This document shows, in pieces, positions 26,452 to 39,781 of a stretch of DNA of 64,000 bases (the first letter of the stretch is position 1; each line of letters begins with the position of its first letter). Source of the stretch: Octopus vulgaris. Its lineage: Eukaryota. The translations under genes were made by a program, and so were the position numbers. Under the pieces are notes generated by a model that saw only the letters and a list, made by a program, of their open reading frames with translations, was not told the DNA's origin and did no database searches. Location: the NCBI GenBank assembly GCA_951406725.2, contig OX597830.1:44392001-44456000 (forward strand), read 5' to 3'.

Positions 26452-26744
26452 AGCCACCCCCCTTGAGCACGAGAATATAAAGATTGTAGTGACACCAGAA
26501 ACAATATGGCTACCGATCACCCACAAGATGTGGTACAAAATATGACAACTCAAGAAAGAAGTGTAATTACAATATAAATGAGCATGCACAAAGATAAATT
26601 TTCCAAAAATGTTCAATAACAAAACGTTGAAATGTCCAGCACACAACAGAACACCTGTTTGTACACACTTACACATTATGTATGCAGGACGGCTCAGCTT
26701 AGTATTGTTCTGTATATTATCTGAGACTTGTGTCTAATCGGTAG

Positions 26745-26924
26745 CCATCTTGTTTCTGGTTCTCTCGGTAGCAGGAAGCAAAAAGCGAGAGAATAGCGGT
26801 CTTGCCTAGCTGCTGCTGATGACTGCGCATGCGCATGAGGGACTTCCGGCAGGCCTTCAAGAAGACACTCAGCCTTGTGCATGCGCGGATGAAAACCCCA
26901 AAATGACGCCTGGAACCTGGCGTC
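26745..26924 (-). mobile_element. Partial second LTR-like copy
   Basis: Direct repeat of ~26275-26445, truncated by the SINE at 26926. Confidence 0.65.
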
Positions 26925-26925
26925 T

Positions 26926-27156
26926 TTTTTACTCTCTTTTACTTGTTTCAGTCATTTGACTGCGGCCATGCTGGAGCACCGCCTTTAGTCGAGAGGAAAT
27001 AGACTCCAGGACTTATTCTTTGTAAGCCTAGTACCTATTCTATCGGTCTCTTTTGCCGAACCGCTAAGTTACGGGGAAGTAAACACACCAGCATCGGTTG
27101 TCAAGCGATGTTGGGGGTACAAACACAGACACACACACACACACACACGCACACAC

Positions 27157-27231
<75 letters not shown>

Positions 27232-27383
27232 CGGGCTTCTTTCAGTTTCCACCTATCAAATCTACTCACAAGGCTTTGGTCAGCCCGAGGCTATAGTAGA
27301 CGGCACTTGCCCAAGGTGCCACGCAGTGGGACTGAACCTGGAACCACGTGGTTGGTAAGCAAGCAACTTACCACACAACCACT
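26926..27383 (-). mobile_element. SINE family A
   Basis: Full match to the family. Confidence 0.85.
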
Positions 27384-27424
27384 CTTTATTTTTTTATTTT
27401 GTAAGTATATTCATGGTACCCAAG

Positions 27425-27457
<33 letters not shown>

Positions 27458-27987
27458 TGAACAAAAAAAATCATAGTGTAGGAAAGGTCATGGTTGGATT
27501 GCCTTTGATTGCAGGTCTTAACAATCAAGGCCTAATTGGAAATTGAATTACATTAATAACAACACACATACTTGCACATTGTACAAATGCACTCCCCACA
27601 CACGTGTACATGTACACAAACGGACACATTCACACACAAACATAAAAAAGATACATTGACTAGTGTAGTCCCTAAAATACAAAGAGATTGGATGGTCATA
27701 ACTGGAAAGCCTTTGATCATACAATCAAAGTAGATGTAAGCTACAATCTAAGCTTTAACTTTTGAAAAGGCGAAAATAAAAAAAAATCTTACCTCAAGAG
27801 CATCAGTAGGGCAAGTGAGGAAAGTCCGCATCTAACACTTTATCTACTTCAAAATACAGCCAATCAAATACTTTCGTTTTAAAATTTATCAGTGACAGGA
27901 TATTTCATGATTTATGAGTTTAGATAAATTGATGGCTGTGTGGATGGGGGAAGAGAAAAGGAAACAAATACTTAAATATAAATATAT

Positions 27988-28515
27988 TGATTTCAAATTT
28001 TGACACAAGGCCAGCAATTTCGGGGAAGTGGTTAAGTCGATTACATCGACCTCAGTGCTCAACTAATATTTGTCTTATCCACACCGAGAGGATAAAAGGC
28101 AAAGTCCACCTTGGTGAAATTTGAACTAAGAACATAAAGGCGGGTGAAACGTCGCTAAGTATTTTTTCTTGGTGGATTAACGATTCTGCCCGCTTGCCGC
28201 CTTAGAATAATCGATTCTATTGGTTTCTAATTTGGGAACAGGGCCAGCAATTTCGGAGTAAGGGATTAAGTCGATTACGACTCTGAAAGGACGGAAGGCA
28301 AAGTCGATACCAGTGGAATTTTCTCTCGGAACATAAAGGCGGACGAGATGTCGCTAAGCATTTTGCTTAGCGTACTAACGATCCTGCCAACTTGCCGCCC
28401 TAGAAAGAATGATAAGCAATTCAAACCTCTATGAAATTTGAACTCAGAAGATATGAAGCCAGGAGAAATGCCGCTAATCAACTTTGCGGCATGTTAACGA
28501 TTCTGCCAGCTCGCC
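27988..28515 (-). mobile_element. Tandem cluster of three decayed SINE family B pieces
   Basis: Repeated blocks resembling AAGGCAAAGTC...GAACTCAGAA...TTAACGATTCTGCCAGCTCGCC. Confidence 0.7.
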
Positions 28516-28714
28516 TCATTCACTTAAATAAATATATTAGTTTATATGTTTATGTGTGTATGTATTTGTGTTGTGTGGTTATTATGTGCCTGCTAAAGTA
28601 TATTCTTTATTACATATACGGTGGAAGTCAACTTGTGACCAAGTAAGACCGCTTCCTAAACTTAGTAAATGTTCATGCAAATGTTCTGAGAGTTCAAGAA
28701 GTTTCTGTGTGCTT

Positions 28715-28849
<135 letters not shown>

Positions 28850-30408
28850 CGAAAGAAGGTTTGAAAATGCAATTTTAAAGAAGAAATGTTCCTTGCTTTG
28901 GTTAGGTCTTTTCATGAAGACATGAATGGTAGGGTGAATGTTAGAGGGAAAATGTCGGAGCCCATTTCAATACAAAATGGAGTGAAACAGAGGGGTATTC
29001 TGGCACCGACCCTTTTTCTAAATATTTTGCGATGGTGTTCTGTATAGCATTAAGAAACTGCAGACACTGTGTTTATATCCATTATCGAACCTCTGGCAGC
29101 ATATTTAATATCAGGCGCTTTGCTGCAAAAACAAAGGTATTTACCTCTATCATAAGAGACCTTTTGTATGCAGATGATTGTGAGCTAGTAGCACACACAG
29201 AGATTGATATGCAACACATTTTGAATGCATTCTCTGATGCTTGCACTGCCTTAGGATTGACAGTCAATCTCAAGAAAACTGTTGTCATGCTTCAACCTGC
29301 CCCTGGTAAGCAGTATAGTGTACCAAATATCTATGTGTATGGTAAACGACTTGGTGTAGTTGATCAGCTTGTCTACCTGGGAAGCACTATTAATAGATAT
29401 AGCAATTTGGATGATGAAATTCCATATAGAATTAGGAAAGCAAGTGTTGCTTTCGGAAGGCTAGAAAAGCGCCTCTGGAGTCGGCGAGACATATGTAGAA
29501 AGACAAAGATAAAGGTGTACAAGGCATGTGTGCTCCCTTCTCTTATCTATGCCTGCGAGACGTGGGTCACATATCGATACCACCTTAAACAACTGGAACG
29601 TTTCCATCAGATGTGTCTTAGACGGATCTATGGCATTAAGTGGAAGGACCGCATCAGTGATCTTGAAATATTGGAAGGCTCTCGGTGTGAAAGTATAGAA
29701 GCTCTTGTGTTAAAGCAAAGGCTCAGATAGAGTGGTCATCTGGTCAGGATGAAGGATTCAAGGATGCCAAAACAACTCTTTTATGGAGAGTTAGCTAAAG
29801 GAGAACGACCTCCATATAAACCAAAAAAGAGGTATAAGGACTTGCTGAAGGTTTCCTTAAGAGATGCTTGCATCTCTCCTGACACATGGGAAGGCATAGC
29901 TATTGATCGTAGCAGGTGGAGAAAGATTGTGCACGAGGGGACAGCCACTTTTGAGAAATCTCGAGTTGCACACGAGAAAGTAAGGAGGGATGTCAAGAAG
30001 GGCATCGTTGATGCACTTCCAGATGGGAAGGGTCTTCCTATGATGCTGACATGCAGTGTCTGTGCAAGACCCTGCCTCAGTAAAGCTGAGTCATCTTCGT
30101 AGTAATAAAGCGAGACAGATGAGTGACAACCTGGCAACAGGTGGTGGTGTAACACACCATACTAATCATATCTGTCGGGCATGCGGAAGAGAGTGTAATT
30201 CGGCAGGAGGACTTAAACGACATTCAAAGGTACATGGAGCCCAGTTACAACTACAGCCGGCTATTACCGGTAAAGGTTTTAGTTGCCAATTTTGTACAAG
30301 ACATTGTAGATCTTTAGCTGGGCTAAAAAGTCACATTCGATCACAGCACCAGTAACAGTTAAGCTTCGTGCAATGGCCATACTCGATAACGAGGGGGCAG
30401 TCATCATA
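28850..30408 (+). mobile_element. RTE-type LINE, 5'-truncated, RT plus C-terminal C2H2-like zinc fingers (pseudogenised)
   Basis: GVKQ..ILAPTLF, LLYADD, VNLKKT, YLGS. RLR* (TAG at 29728-29730 where W is expected). Then [44 protein letters not shown]. Confidence 0.9.
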
Positions 30409-30414
30409 TGTATG

Positions 30415-30471
<57 letters not shown>

Positions 30472-30541
30472 GTATGTATATATGTATATATATATGTATA
30501 AATATATGTATATATATACATAATATCATCTATCATATATG

Positions 30542-30573
<32 letters not shown>

Positions 30574-30647
30574 TACGATAGATATGTATATATGTCTATA
30601 TATATTCATACATATATCTATATATAGAGAGATATATATACATATCT

Positions 30648-30760
<113 letters not shown>

Positions 30761-31008
30761 CATGTGTATATCATACTGCAGTCAACTATACATGTGAAGA
30801 CTCGATGTTACATTGGCTACATTTCCGACTGGTAGAGAACGGTGAATGCCTAACAATATTCAAGATGCCAGGAACCTAATTCTTCACTCGATCCAACTCA
30901 ACAGTTCCGCGAGAGAATCAATCTGCAGAAACATGGATCACACAAACGCTGACGTCACCTGTTTTCCATCCGGAATCTATGAAAAGACTGCAATTTCCGC
31001 ATACCACC

Positions 31009-31440
31009 GGCGTGGCTGTGTGGTAAGTAGGTGCAGGAGTGGCTGTTTGGTAAGTAGCTTGCTAACCAGCCTCATGGTTCCGGATTCAGTCCCACTGCGT
31101 GGCAGCTACGGCAAGTGTCTTCTACTAAAGCCTCGGGTCGTCCAAAGTCTTGTGAGTAGATTTGGTAAATGGAAACTGAAAGAAGCCCGTCGTATATGTA
31201 TATATGTGTGTGTGTGTGTGTGTGTGCGTGTGTGTATTTCTGTGTATGTCCCTTCCACCATCGCTTGACAACCGATGTTGGTGTGTTTACGTCCCCGTAA
31301 CTTAGTGGTTCGGCAAAGAGGCCAATAGAATAAGTACTAGTTTTACAAAACATAAGTCCTGGGGTTAACTTGTTCGAGTAAAGGCGGTGCTCCAGCATGG
31401 CCGCAGTCAAATCACTGAAACAAATAAATGAATAAAAGAA
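31009..31440 (+). mobile_element. SINE family A with duplicated head
   Basis: Family match. ATACCA on both sides is a possible TSD. Confidence 0.8.
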
Positions 31441-33225
31441 TACCAAAGTCTCTGCATAGAGCGAGTTGGCAGAAGATGACCGTTCGAACCAATGGAACGC
31501 TTTCCTTTCACCAGAAGCGGAAAAGGAAACGCTCCAACGGGGCCAAACGAAAACTGGGGCAGGACACGATGATCAGTTGATAATAAATAACGATGATGAT
31601 GGTGTATGCATTCATGGTACATATTGGTTATCTCACCCCCATTGAAAAATTAGGTTATCTTCCCCGTTTTATGAAAAATATCGGTACTCTTGGTTATCTC
31701 CCCCCACCTAATAAAATTGTTTAACCCCCAATAAAACAAAGAAAAAAAGAAAATGAATGAATTAATAAACATGAAAACGGAAGCAAATAAATAGGAAAAC
31801 TGAAAAAATTAAATATCTTATAGAATCTGATAACATTTTTATAACAAATACCATGCCTATTGAGGAGGCCAAATGTCAACAATGTGTTGAAGTATTAAAT
31901 CAGAAGGATATCTTTTAATCCAATCTCTTGTCGCTACACAAACATAAACTCAACTGTTTAGTGGGAAGATAACCCAATTTTTTTTAATGGTAATTTTACT
32001 TCTCTGCTTGCGATTTATGTCTATTGCTTTCGGCAGTTCCCTAATATAACTATCCATGATACAATGGCAGACGTCTGACCATTTCCCTAATGCCTTCCAA
32101 ACTACTTAGAGCCTCTACAACTTTCTAGAAGCCATTCCCAAACGTCATACAAAGTTTGTGAGTACCAAAGTCGGCAAAGAAATCTCAGTGACTTTACATC
32201 TCAAAATCTTACAACAAATATTGTAGATATGAGGATTTAAACGCACTGACAGAGTAATTAACTCATATCGTAAAAGAATTACTCGTCTTGTCAGATGTTC
32301 GAAAACATATACGAATCGCAAGGCATTATCGAATGTGTTACGATTATGACGTTTTAATTGGATTAGGTGTACTAAAGATACACAGCATCACACAAATAAC
32401 CTTAACAAATATGTTCAGGGAAAAGCTCTAGATAATATTACTGCCACAATAGTTAACTAAAGAAACTGATATTTAGTTAAGGAAGCTCTTGATAACGGCA
32501 GAAATGAAGAAAAAAAATGAAAGCGTTTGGAAATGCTCTGAAAAGTTAAGTGAAACTATGAAACAAATCATCCAGGGCAAGCGATTCTCATCCAAAGAAG
32601 CAAATGCTTTTCGGTTGAAAAAGGAATGATACGTTGATTACAAATCTCGGTTGGTAAAACAGAACCGGAAGTGTCTCACAACCAGTTTACCAAAGAGTGA
32701 TTTCGAATATCTACCTATCATTTCAGTCTAGGTAAGTTCACTGTCTAAACGGATTTACGGTTTATGATAATGACCCAAGCATACGATGATTCAGGTGAGC
32801 ATTATCAACTTCTCTTGCATCCTAGTATAGTGTTGATTATAAAAGACACTCTACACACAATTTGTCTTGGAAGATATGCATCCATCAAGTTCACTGGCGA
32901 TTGGTGTTGTTGAAACTGTTTCCACGAATAGTCTTAATGGCGGCGTAGTACTAGTCTTCAACAAAATCATTGGTATATTGACACCATGCCTCCTACATCG
33001 CATTCTCCAAAGTACTCTTTCAGCGGCCTCAGACAAATATGACATATCTGAAGAATTAAATAAGTCAAACACGCTCTAACAGTGCAACAATATTAAACAT
33101 TGAGCGAAAATATACCAACATGTCTGTTGGTAAAGTTTGGAGAAAAGTAATATACTTGCGGCGAAGAAAGGTTAATAAATATTTCTTTTACGATGCCTTT
33201 TGTGCGATTTGTGGTTACTCTAAAT

Positions 33226-33777
33226 CAGTGGTTCCCAACAGGAGTTCTCACAGCCCCTTAGGGTCCACATAAGATTTTTAGGGGTCCACAATAGTATTTT
33301 AAGGGCTCCTGAAAATCTTTTGCTTTAATATTGGTATGTATTGCAAGAACCAACTAGTTTTCTTTCTCTAGCATGTTACTGAGTTCAACTTGTACAAGTT
33401 AATGAGTGAAAAACAAAAAAGAGGAATTTTGAATGAAGTTTCTATAAAACTAGTTTGCAAATATCCAATGGCTATGGAGGTCCACCAGAATAAAATAGTA
33501 ATCAAAGGGGTCCATAGCTAAAAAAAAAAAATGGTTGAGAACCCCTGCGTTAGATGTATTTATTGATATGCATTAACAAGAAAGAGCTGGGTTACTTTCT
33601 CTAGCATTTTACACAGTTAATGAGTGAAAAACAAAAGAGGAATTTTGAAAACAGTTTCTATAAAACTAGTTTTTAAACATTGAATGTCTATGGGGGTGCA
33701 GCACAATAATATAGTAATCAAAGGGGTTCTTAGATACAAAAAAAAAAAGAAAAGAAAAAAATGGTTGAGAAACCCTG
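33226..33777. mobile_element. hAT (Charlie-like) non-autonomous element with duplicated right part
   Basis: TIR CAGTGGTTCCCAAC, with complementary ends at 33547 (GTTGAGAACCCCTG) and 33777 (GTTGAGAAACCCTG). Flanks CTCTAAAT/CTCTTTAT. Confidence 0.7.
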
Positions 33778-33844
33778 CTCTTTATCATCAATTACTAAAA
33801 ATCACTTTTGTTGGTATTTGAGTTTATATATCTTTTATCTTTTT

Positions 33845-34101
33845 TAATTGTTTTATTCATTAGACTGAGGTCATGCTGGGACAACGCCTTGAAGAATCTT
33901 TAGTTAAATGAATCTGTACCAGTACTTATTTTTATTAAACCTGGTACTTATCCTATCAATCTCTTTTGCCGGACCGCTACGTTGCGGAGACGCAAACACA
34001 CCAACACCGCTTTCAGTGGTAGTGAGGTACAAACAGACGACACAAAGATACACATACACACACGCACAAACACACACACACATGCACAAACACACACACA
34101 T

Positions 34102-34143
<42 letters not shown>

Positions 34144-34310
34144 AGACACACACACACACACAAAGGCACGTACGCACACACAATCATATAGGGGACGGGA
34201 TTCTTTCACTTATCGTTTACCAAATCCCACTGACAAGGCTTTTTGGGACGGAACCCAAAACCACATGGCTAGGAAGGAAGCTTCTTATCCGCACAGCCAC
34301 TCCTGTTCCT
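33845..34310 (-). mobile_element. SINE family A, diverged
   Basis: Family match. Confidence 0.7.
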
Positions 34311-34584
34311 ATGTGAGTAGCCTTCTGTCCCTTACAAAACAGCCCCATACGTCCACGACTGAGTGCTATTATTAGATCTGCATTGTTTTTAAAATCGATA
34401 TCCCCCGCCCCGCCACTAAAAAATTCCTTCATCAATTCATTATCATCGAATATGTTTTTTTTTCCTTTTTTGAAATTACATGTGATACTGAAAATAATGC
34501 GATAATAACTGCCAAAGTTTTAGGAATTGCGGCTTTGAGAAATGAGTAGGCAATAATCTGATAGCTCTGCATCGGCAAAAGTTG

Positions 34585-34863
34585 AAAAAATATGGAAAAA
34601 AAGTGAAAGGAGTACAGTGAACTTGCCGTGAGGAGTGGAATATCCAATGTTTCGGATTCAATCCTTCGTCAGAGGGAAGAGAAAAAGAGAAGAAAATGAG
34701 AAAAAAGTCAAACAGAGTTTACATCCTCTCAGCTTGAAAAACTGACTGCAACACTTTTTTCTCTTTTTCTCTGCCCCTGACGAAGGATTAAATCCGAAAC
34801 GTTAGATATTCCACTCCTCACGGCAAGTTCACAGCACCCCTTTCATTTTCTTCCATATTTTTT
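34585..34863. repeat. Inverted repeat with a hammerhead-like core in each arm
   Basis: ~105-bp arms. CTGACGA-A-GGAT-TAA-ATCC-GAAACGTT at 34777-34803, mirrored on - in the left arm. Confidence 0.7.
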
Positions 34864-35388
34864 GAGAAATGATTGCTGATTTTCCAAACTGAAATTCTTT
34901 TGTTTTTATGTCATGTAAACAAACATAGGTTTGTTTTGAAGCGCTGAAATGTATTGTTGTACAAGTAGAAAGATTAGTCGCTGGATGCTGACATATTTTT
35001 TCTACTCTGTAAGGATTTTATCCTATATATACTGTTCTATCAGTATTTATGCGTTGAAAAATATATCTTTTTTGTTTTTGTTTTATTTATTTCCGAATTT
35101 GGAGGCTTGTATTCATGAACGCTTTACGAACTATAAAAAGAGGTCTTTCTACTTTGTCCCTTTCTGACACAACGATATTTTCGTTTTATTAACATGCACA
35201 TTTCTGTTTATTCATTACAAACGAAAATTGTTCTTCTCCATACATTGTTGAAACGGTATATGGATTTCTGAGTAGTTTGTGATCTATTTTGGAGATGTAC
35301 TCGCATAGCAAGTAATTTGATCTGAGATCGTGTGCTGAAACGAAAACAATTGCAGCGTGGAAGGTGTTTATAAACCATTTAAGAAACA

Positions 35389-35586
35389 CACAAAAGCCGT
35401 TCGATTCACTTCAACATTTAAGTTTAATTTGTCAAAATATTTTCGTCGCTAAAATCCGCGACCTGTTCACTGACAAAAACCCGTTGCAGCACGGGTTTTT
35501 GTCAGTGAACAGGTCGCGGATTTTAGCGACGAAAATATTTTGACAAATTAAACTTAAATGTTGAAGTGAATCGAACGGCTTTTGTG
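35389..35586. repeat. Perfect inverted repeat (96-bp arms, 6-nt spacer) with G3-C8 hammerhead-like motif
   Basis: 35389-35484 is the reverse complement of 35491-35586. Confidence 0.9.
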
Positions 35587-36701
35587 ATCTATTATTATTA
35601 GCAAATTTTGAAAATAAAAAATAAAAGATTGTTGTTGTAGTTACTAGGAAAAAAAAAAAAAAGAAAAGAATAAGAATTGGATTTCAACATAAGTTGAAAA
35701 ACTTTTGCTGCTACTCTGATTGGTCTGACAGACTCAAACTCAAAAATTCATTAATGTCCGCGTAACAGGAGACGCTGCAAATACAGAAAAAAATTTTTGA
35801 AATTAAATTTCGTATAAAATTTTACAAAAGAAAGAGTTTCCTCTTTAATGACTTAAATACTTATAAAATAATAAAATCGAAAAGACATCTTCAACTAGAT
35901 GAACCATTAGACGATAGGGTTGGCTGCCTATCACTCTGTACACCTCAGAAAAATTAAAATCCTCAAACTTAGCCATGTGGAAGAACACTACATCTGTTAT
36001 CAAATGGTTCCCCAATGCACAAATCACTAAACCCCTTCTTTTAAAATCATTTACATTCGCATAAAATACAGTACATTCACATAGACAGACCCACACGTGC
36101 AAACGTTATCGATTTAGTATATGCTGGGCATACATTATTTTCGACGTAGATTTGGATAGTGTATTGACAAAATCGTTAGAATGTCGATCATTCTTCCGGG
36201 GCCGAACATAAAACGTCTCGGGTGACGAACGATGTTTCGAATAACGAACAAGCAGGCCGAAAACAACGGTTGGCGACAAGCTGGGTGTATCAGCAGGAGA
36301 GCACATTCCTGCTTGAATTATTGTTGGGTCATTCATATCTAAGAACACTTCTTATTTTTACCTTCTATCTAATTATCATGGACAACCTAACCACAATCAC
36401 AAGCAGTTGTTGATGCCTACTTAACGTAATATTGATTACGTTAAGAAATGCAATATTTGCCAACACGGTAAATGAAATAGAAAACAGTTTATGGCACAAG
36501 AAAGATATCAGAATGTTTTGAACAATGCGAATGTCTTGGCACAATAAATTAATGTAAAAATAATTAGAAAAGTAAATAAATCATGGAAATGGATAAATAA
36601 ATTAAACAAAGAGTTTCAAATTTTGATACTTCTGCTTCAAAATACTGCCAATATCGATTGATATAATATCTATTAATATAAAAGTTAATAGAATTATATT
36701 T

Positions 36702-36926
36702 CTTTATTAACCGCAACGGGCTAAACATAGAGGGGACAAACAAGGACAGACAAAGGGATTAAGTCGATTACATCGACCCAGTGCGAAACTGGTACTTTAT
36801 TTATCGACCCCGAAAAGATGAAAGGCAAAGTCGACCTCGGCGGAATTTGAACTCAGAACGTAACGGCAGACGAAATACGGCTACGCATTTCGCCCGGCGT
36901 GCTAACGATTCTGCCAGCTCGCCGCT
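36702..36926 (-). mobile_element. SINE family B, well preserved
   Basis: GCGGCGAGCTGGCAGAATCGTTAGCACG head and CpG-rich core. Confidence 0.85.
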
Positions 36927-37294
36927 TTAGATAATAATGATTTCAAATTATTTGAATTTTTTGCTACAAAGGCAGCTTGGAGAAGGGGATTAAGTCGATT
37001 AAATAGACTTAATAGAATTAGCCACGTGTTTCAATTTCTCAGAGTATTCTTCAACGGGAGATAACTGTAATCTTACTGCTATTATGTCCCTTGATTACTA
37101 CTTGCTAATTAGTCTTACCGATCATATGACAAATAATATTGGGGACAAATAGGTTCAAATAGTGCATTACGTCACAAGTGTAATTACATGATATAAAAAT
37201 CAATATTATTTCTATTGATAACATATTTATTGCAAATATACAAATGAGAAGTTAATTCAAATGAAATCTTATTTTAATAAATATATCTATTTTA

Positions 37295-37488
37295 AGGCAG
37301 TCAGCTGGCAGAATCGAGCGCTGAGCATTTCGTGTCTTTACTTTCTGAGTTCAAATTCCGCTGAAGTCGACTTTGCCTTTCATCCATTCGGGGGCGATAA
37401 ACTAAGTACCAGTTGAACTCTGGGGTCGACTTGACCGACTTACCCTCCTCACCCCCGAAGTTGCTGGCCTTGTGCCAAAATTTGAAAT
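37295..37488 (+). mobile_element. SINE family B
   Basis: Family core. Inverted relative to the 36702 copy. Confidence 0.8.
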
Positions 37489-38686
37489 GCATCTATTTTG
37501 AAAATTAGCGTTCATTTTATTCGCATTCATTCCCAATAAAATTTGAAAACAAAAAAAAAAAGTAAAATCATAATTATTCTTTATCTGTTACATTACCTGT
37601 TATTACCTGCAATTAGCAAGAGTATATATTCCCTGCATCACCCGTCATAAGGACGGTTAATACTCTTTTAAATATATTCTGCCGTCTGAGTGTGCTGACA
37701 TAAATACTTTTATGTGGGATGTTAAAGATAAGTGTCATGCTTGTTAATCTAAAAATAACAATATTCAAATACAAAGAGACAGATATCTGTCATAGATTTT
37801 GTCCTATACATTTGTCTAGTGTGTGTGTGTGTGTGTATGTGTGTGTGTGTGTGTGCGTGTGTGAATGTTTTTAAAGTCACACCCTGAAATAATAATCAGC
37901 ACAGCATTATTTATGTAGATAAAAAGTATGTTTAGATTTTGAGGATAGAAAATGTGGTAGATAAGTTGTAGTTTCAAAAGAGGGGAAAATTAAATGCGTG
38001 AGTTTTAAATTAAAATACAACCCCAAACGCCGAATCGAAGTGTTGAACTTAAAAATTGGGAATTATAAACAGAACAACACATACACACACAAACACAGAC
38101 ACGGACACCCACACACATGCGTGCACATACACACGGACACACACACATGAGCACACACGCACACACACACACACAAGTCATTACTGACTTGGATAATGTG
38201 TAGTTGTGACCTGAAGTCGAGTTAGTCAAGCATAACTAGTCATTACCCAAGTGTAAGTCTGTATAATATCATAACACAGTACAACGTATTGGTTCATTAC
38301 ACAGTTCACCTGACACGTCTGTTCTCCTCCTCTGCCTACACCCATTTCTTCAATCCAGCTTTTTTTGTTTCATTTCAGTTTTTTTTTCTTTTCGCTTTTT
38401 ACTTGTTTCCCTTGAAATAACTTGCGGCTTCATTACCATATATGAGACAACAACAACAAGTTTCTGGGCGGATAAGTAGATCAAGACAAGGAAATAATTC
38501 TGTCACAACCACACTAATATCGACGATGACCGTACCTTGTTTTAAAATATTTACTTTTGTTAAACAGTAGCAGATAAATCTAGGACAAACACACATTCCA
38601 GAAAAAAAAAAAAAAAAAAAATAAAACAGACTTTTAAAATTTATATACATTCGCAGTCAAATCTTTGTTAACTTTAAAGCACAAAC

Positions 38687-38809
38687 ATGGACAGTAAGCT
38701 TGACTTCATCGTCATTAAGAATGGATCGGATAGCTGCAAAGCTGGATTTCGAGATGACACTACACCAAAGACAGTGATCCCTTCAGTTGTTGCTTATTCC
38801 CAAAATGAG
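38687..38809 (+). CDS. Divergent actin, coding exon 1 (aa 1-41)
   Basis: MDSKLDFIVIKNGSDSCKAGFRDDTTPKTVIPSVVAYSQNE aligns to the actin N-terminus ([29 protein letters not shown]). AAAC-ATG context. Donor GAG|GTATGT at the conserved actin 41/42 intron position. Probable 5'UTR acceptor CAG ending at 38656. Confidence 0.9.
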
Positions 38810-38818
38810 GTATGTCTT

Positions 38819-38879
<61 letters not shown>

Positions 38880-39270
38880 CTAGTATTATAACCCGATTTC
38901 ATTTTAAAGCTGAGGAATTTTGCTCTAGAGGCCACGCCTTTCAAGTGAGCAAACTCAAAGTTGCCATGCAAACTCCCCAACACTTTTAACATAGGTGTGC
39001 AAATTTTCAGGTCAATCCGACCACATTTACTAACACTTTTGCCTGCACAACTGCTTGTAAGACTACGTCCGCCCTTTTCACAAATAAATAGTAGATATAT
39101 AATCGCTCTATTTTTCTTTAGAAGTGTGCTTGTTTCTGACTCACGAATAAGTCACCGATAGTAATATTTATAAAATGCATACTCACGCACACATTGCATT
39201 TATGTGCTTCACTTAAATACCTAACTTAGATTATGTGTACGGTTGTCATAACATTCCGTATGTATACATA

Positions 39271-39602
39271 CAGTGGCAGACTGAGTCTAAAAATATTGGT
39301 TGCCAGGAGACTAAGGGAACCAACCCGCAACTACAAGGGGGCCTATCCGCAACTACAAGGGGACCCACTCGCAACTACAATGCTATCATTTAATTTGCTT
39401 TTCTTAAAAGTGTTCTTTTCAACTGTCTACAAACGTAGCCAGGCTGAAATAATTAATGCATTCTTCCAGGAGTGAATAAAAAATTCTCAAACTTGAGGCG
39501 ATGGGCCCCTTAGATACTAACATGGGCTCCCTTATATGGATTCTAATGGCGCAGGGGCCCACTTGCCATCGGGCAAGCTGGCAACCTGGCAGTCCGCCAC
39601 TG
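39271..39602. mobile_element. hAT-type MITE in actin intron
   Basis: TIRs CAGTGGCAGACTG / CAGTCCGCCACTG with perfect 8-bp TSD TATACATA. Confidence 0.85.
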
Positions 39603-39682
39603 TATACATACATACATGCATACATACATGCATGCATGCATATATACATACATAGACATATATGTACGTATGTACATGTGTA

Positions 39683-39775
<93 letters not shown>

Positions 39776-39781
<6 letters not shown>

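Noticed and set aside
30056-30355. Host C2H2 zinc-finger gene
   Set aside because: Contiguous with the LINE ORF and followed by its 3' end.
31627-33200. Possible pogo-like transposase relic with GGTTATCTC/GAAGATAACC ends
   Set aside because: Too decayed to recover catalytic motifs by eye.
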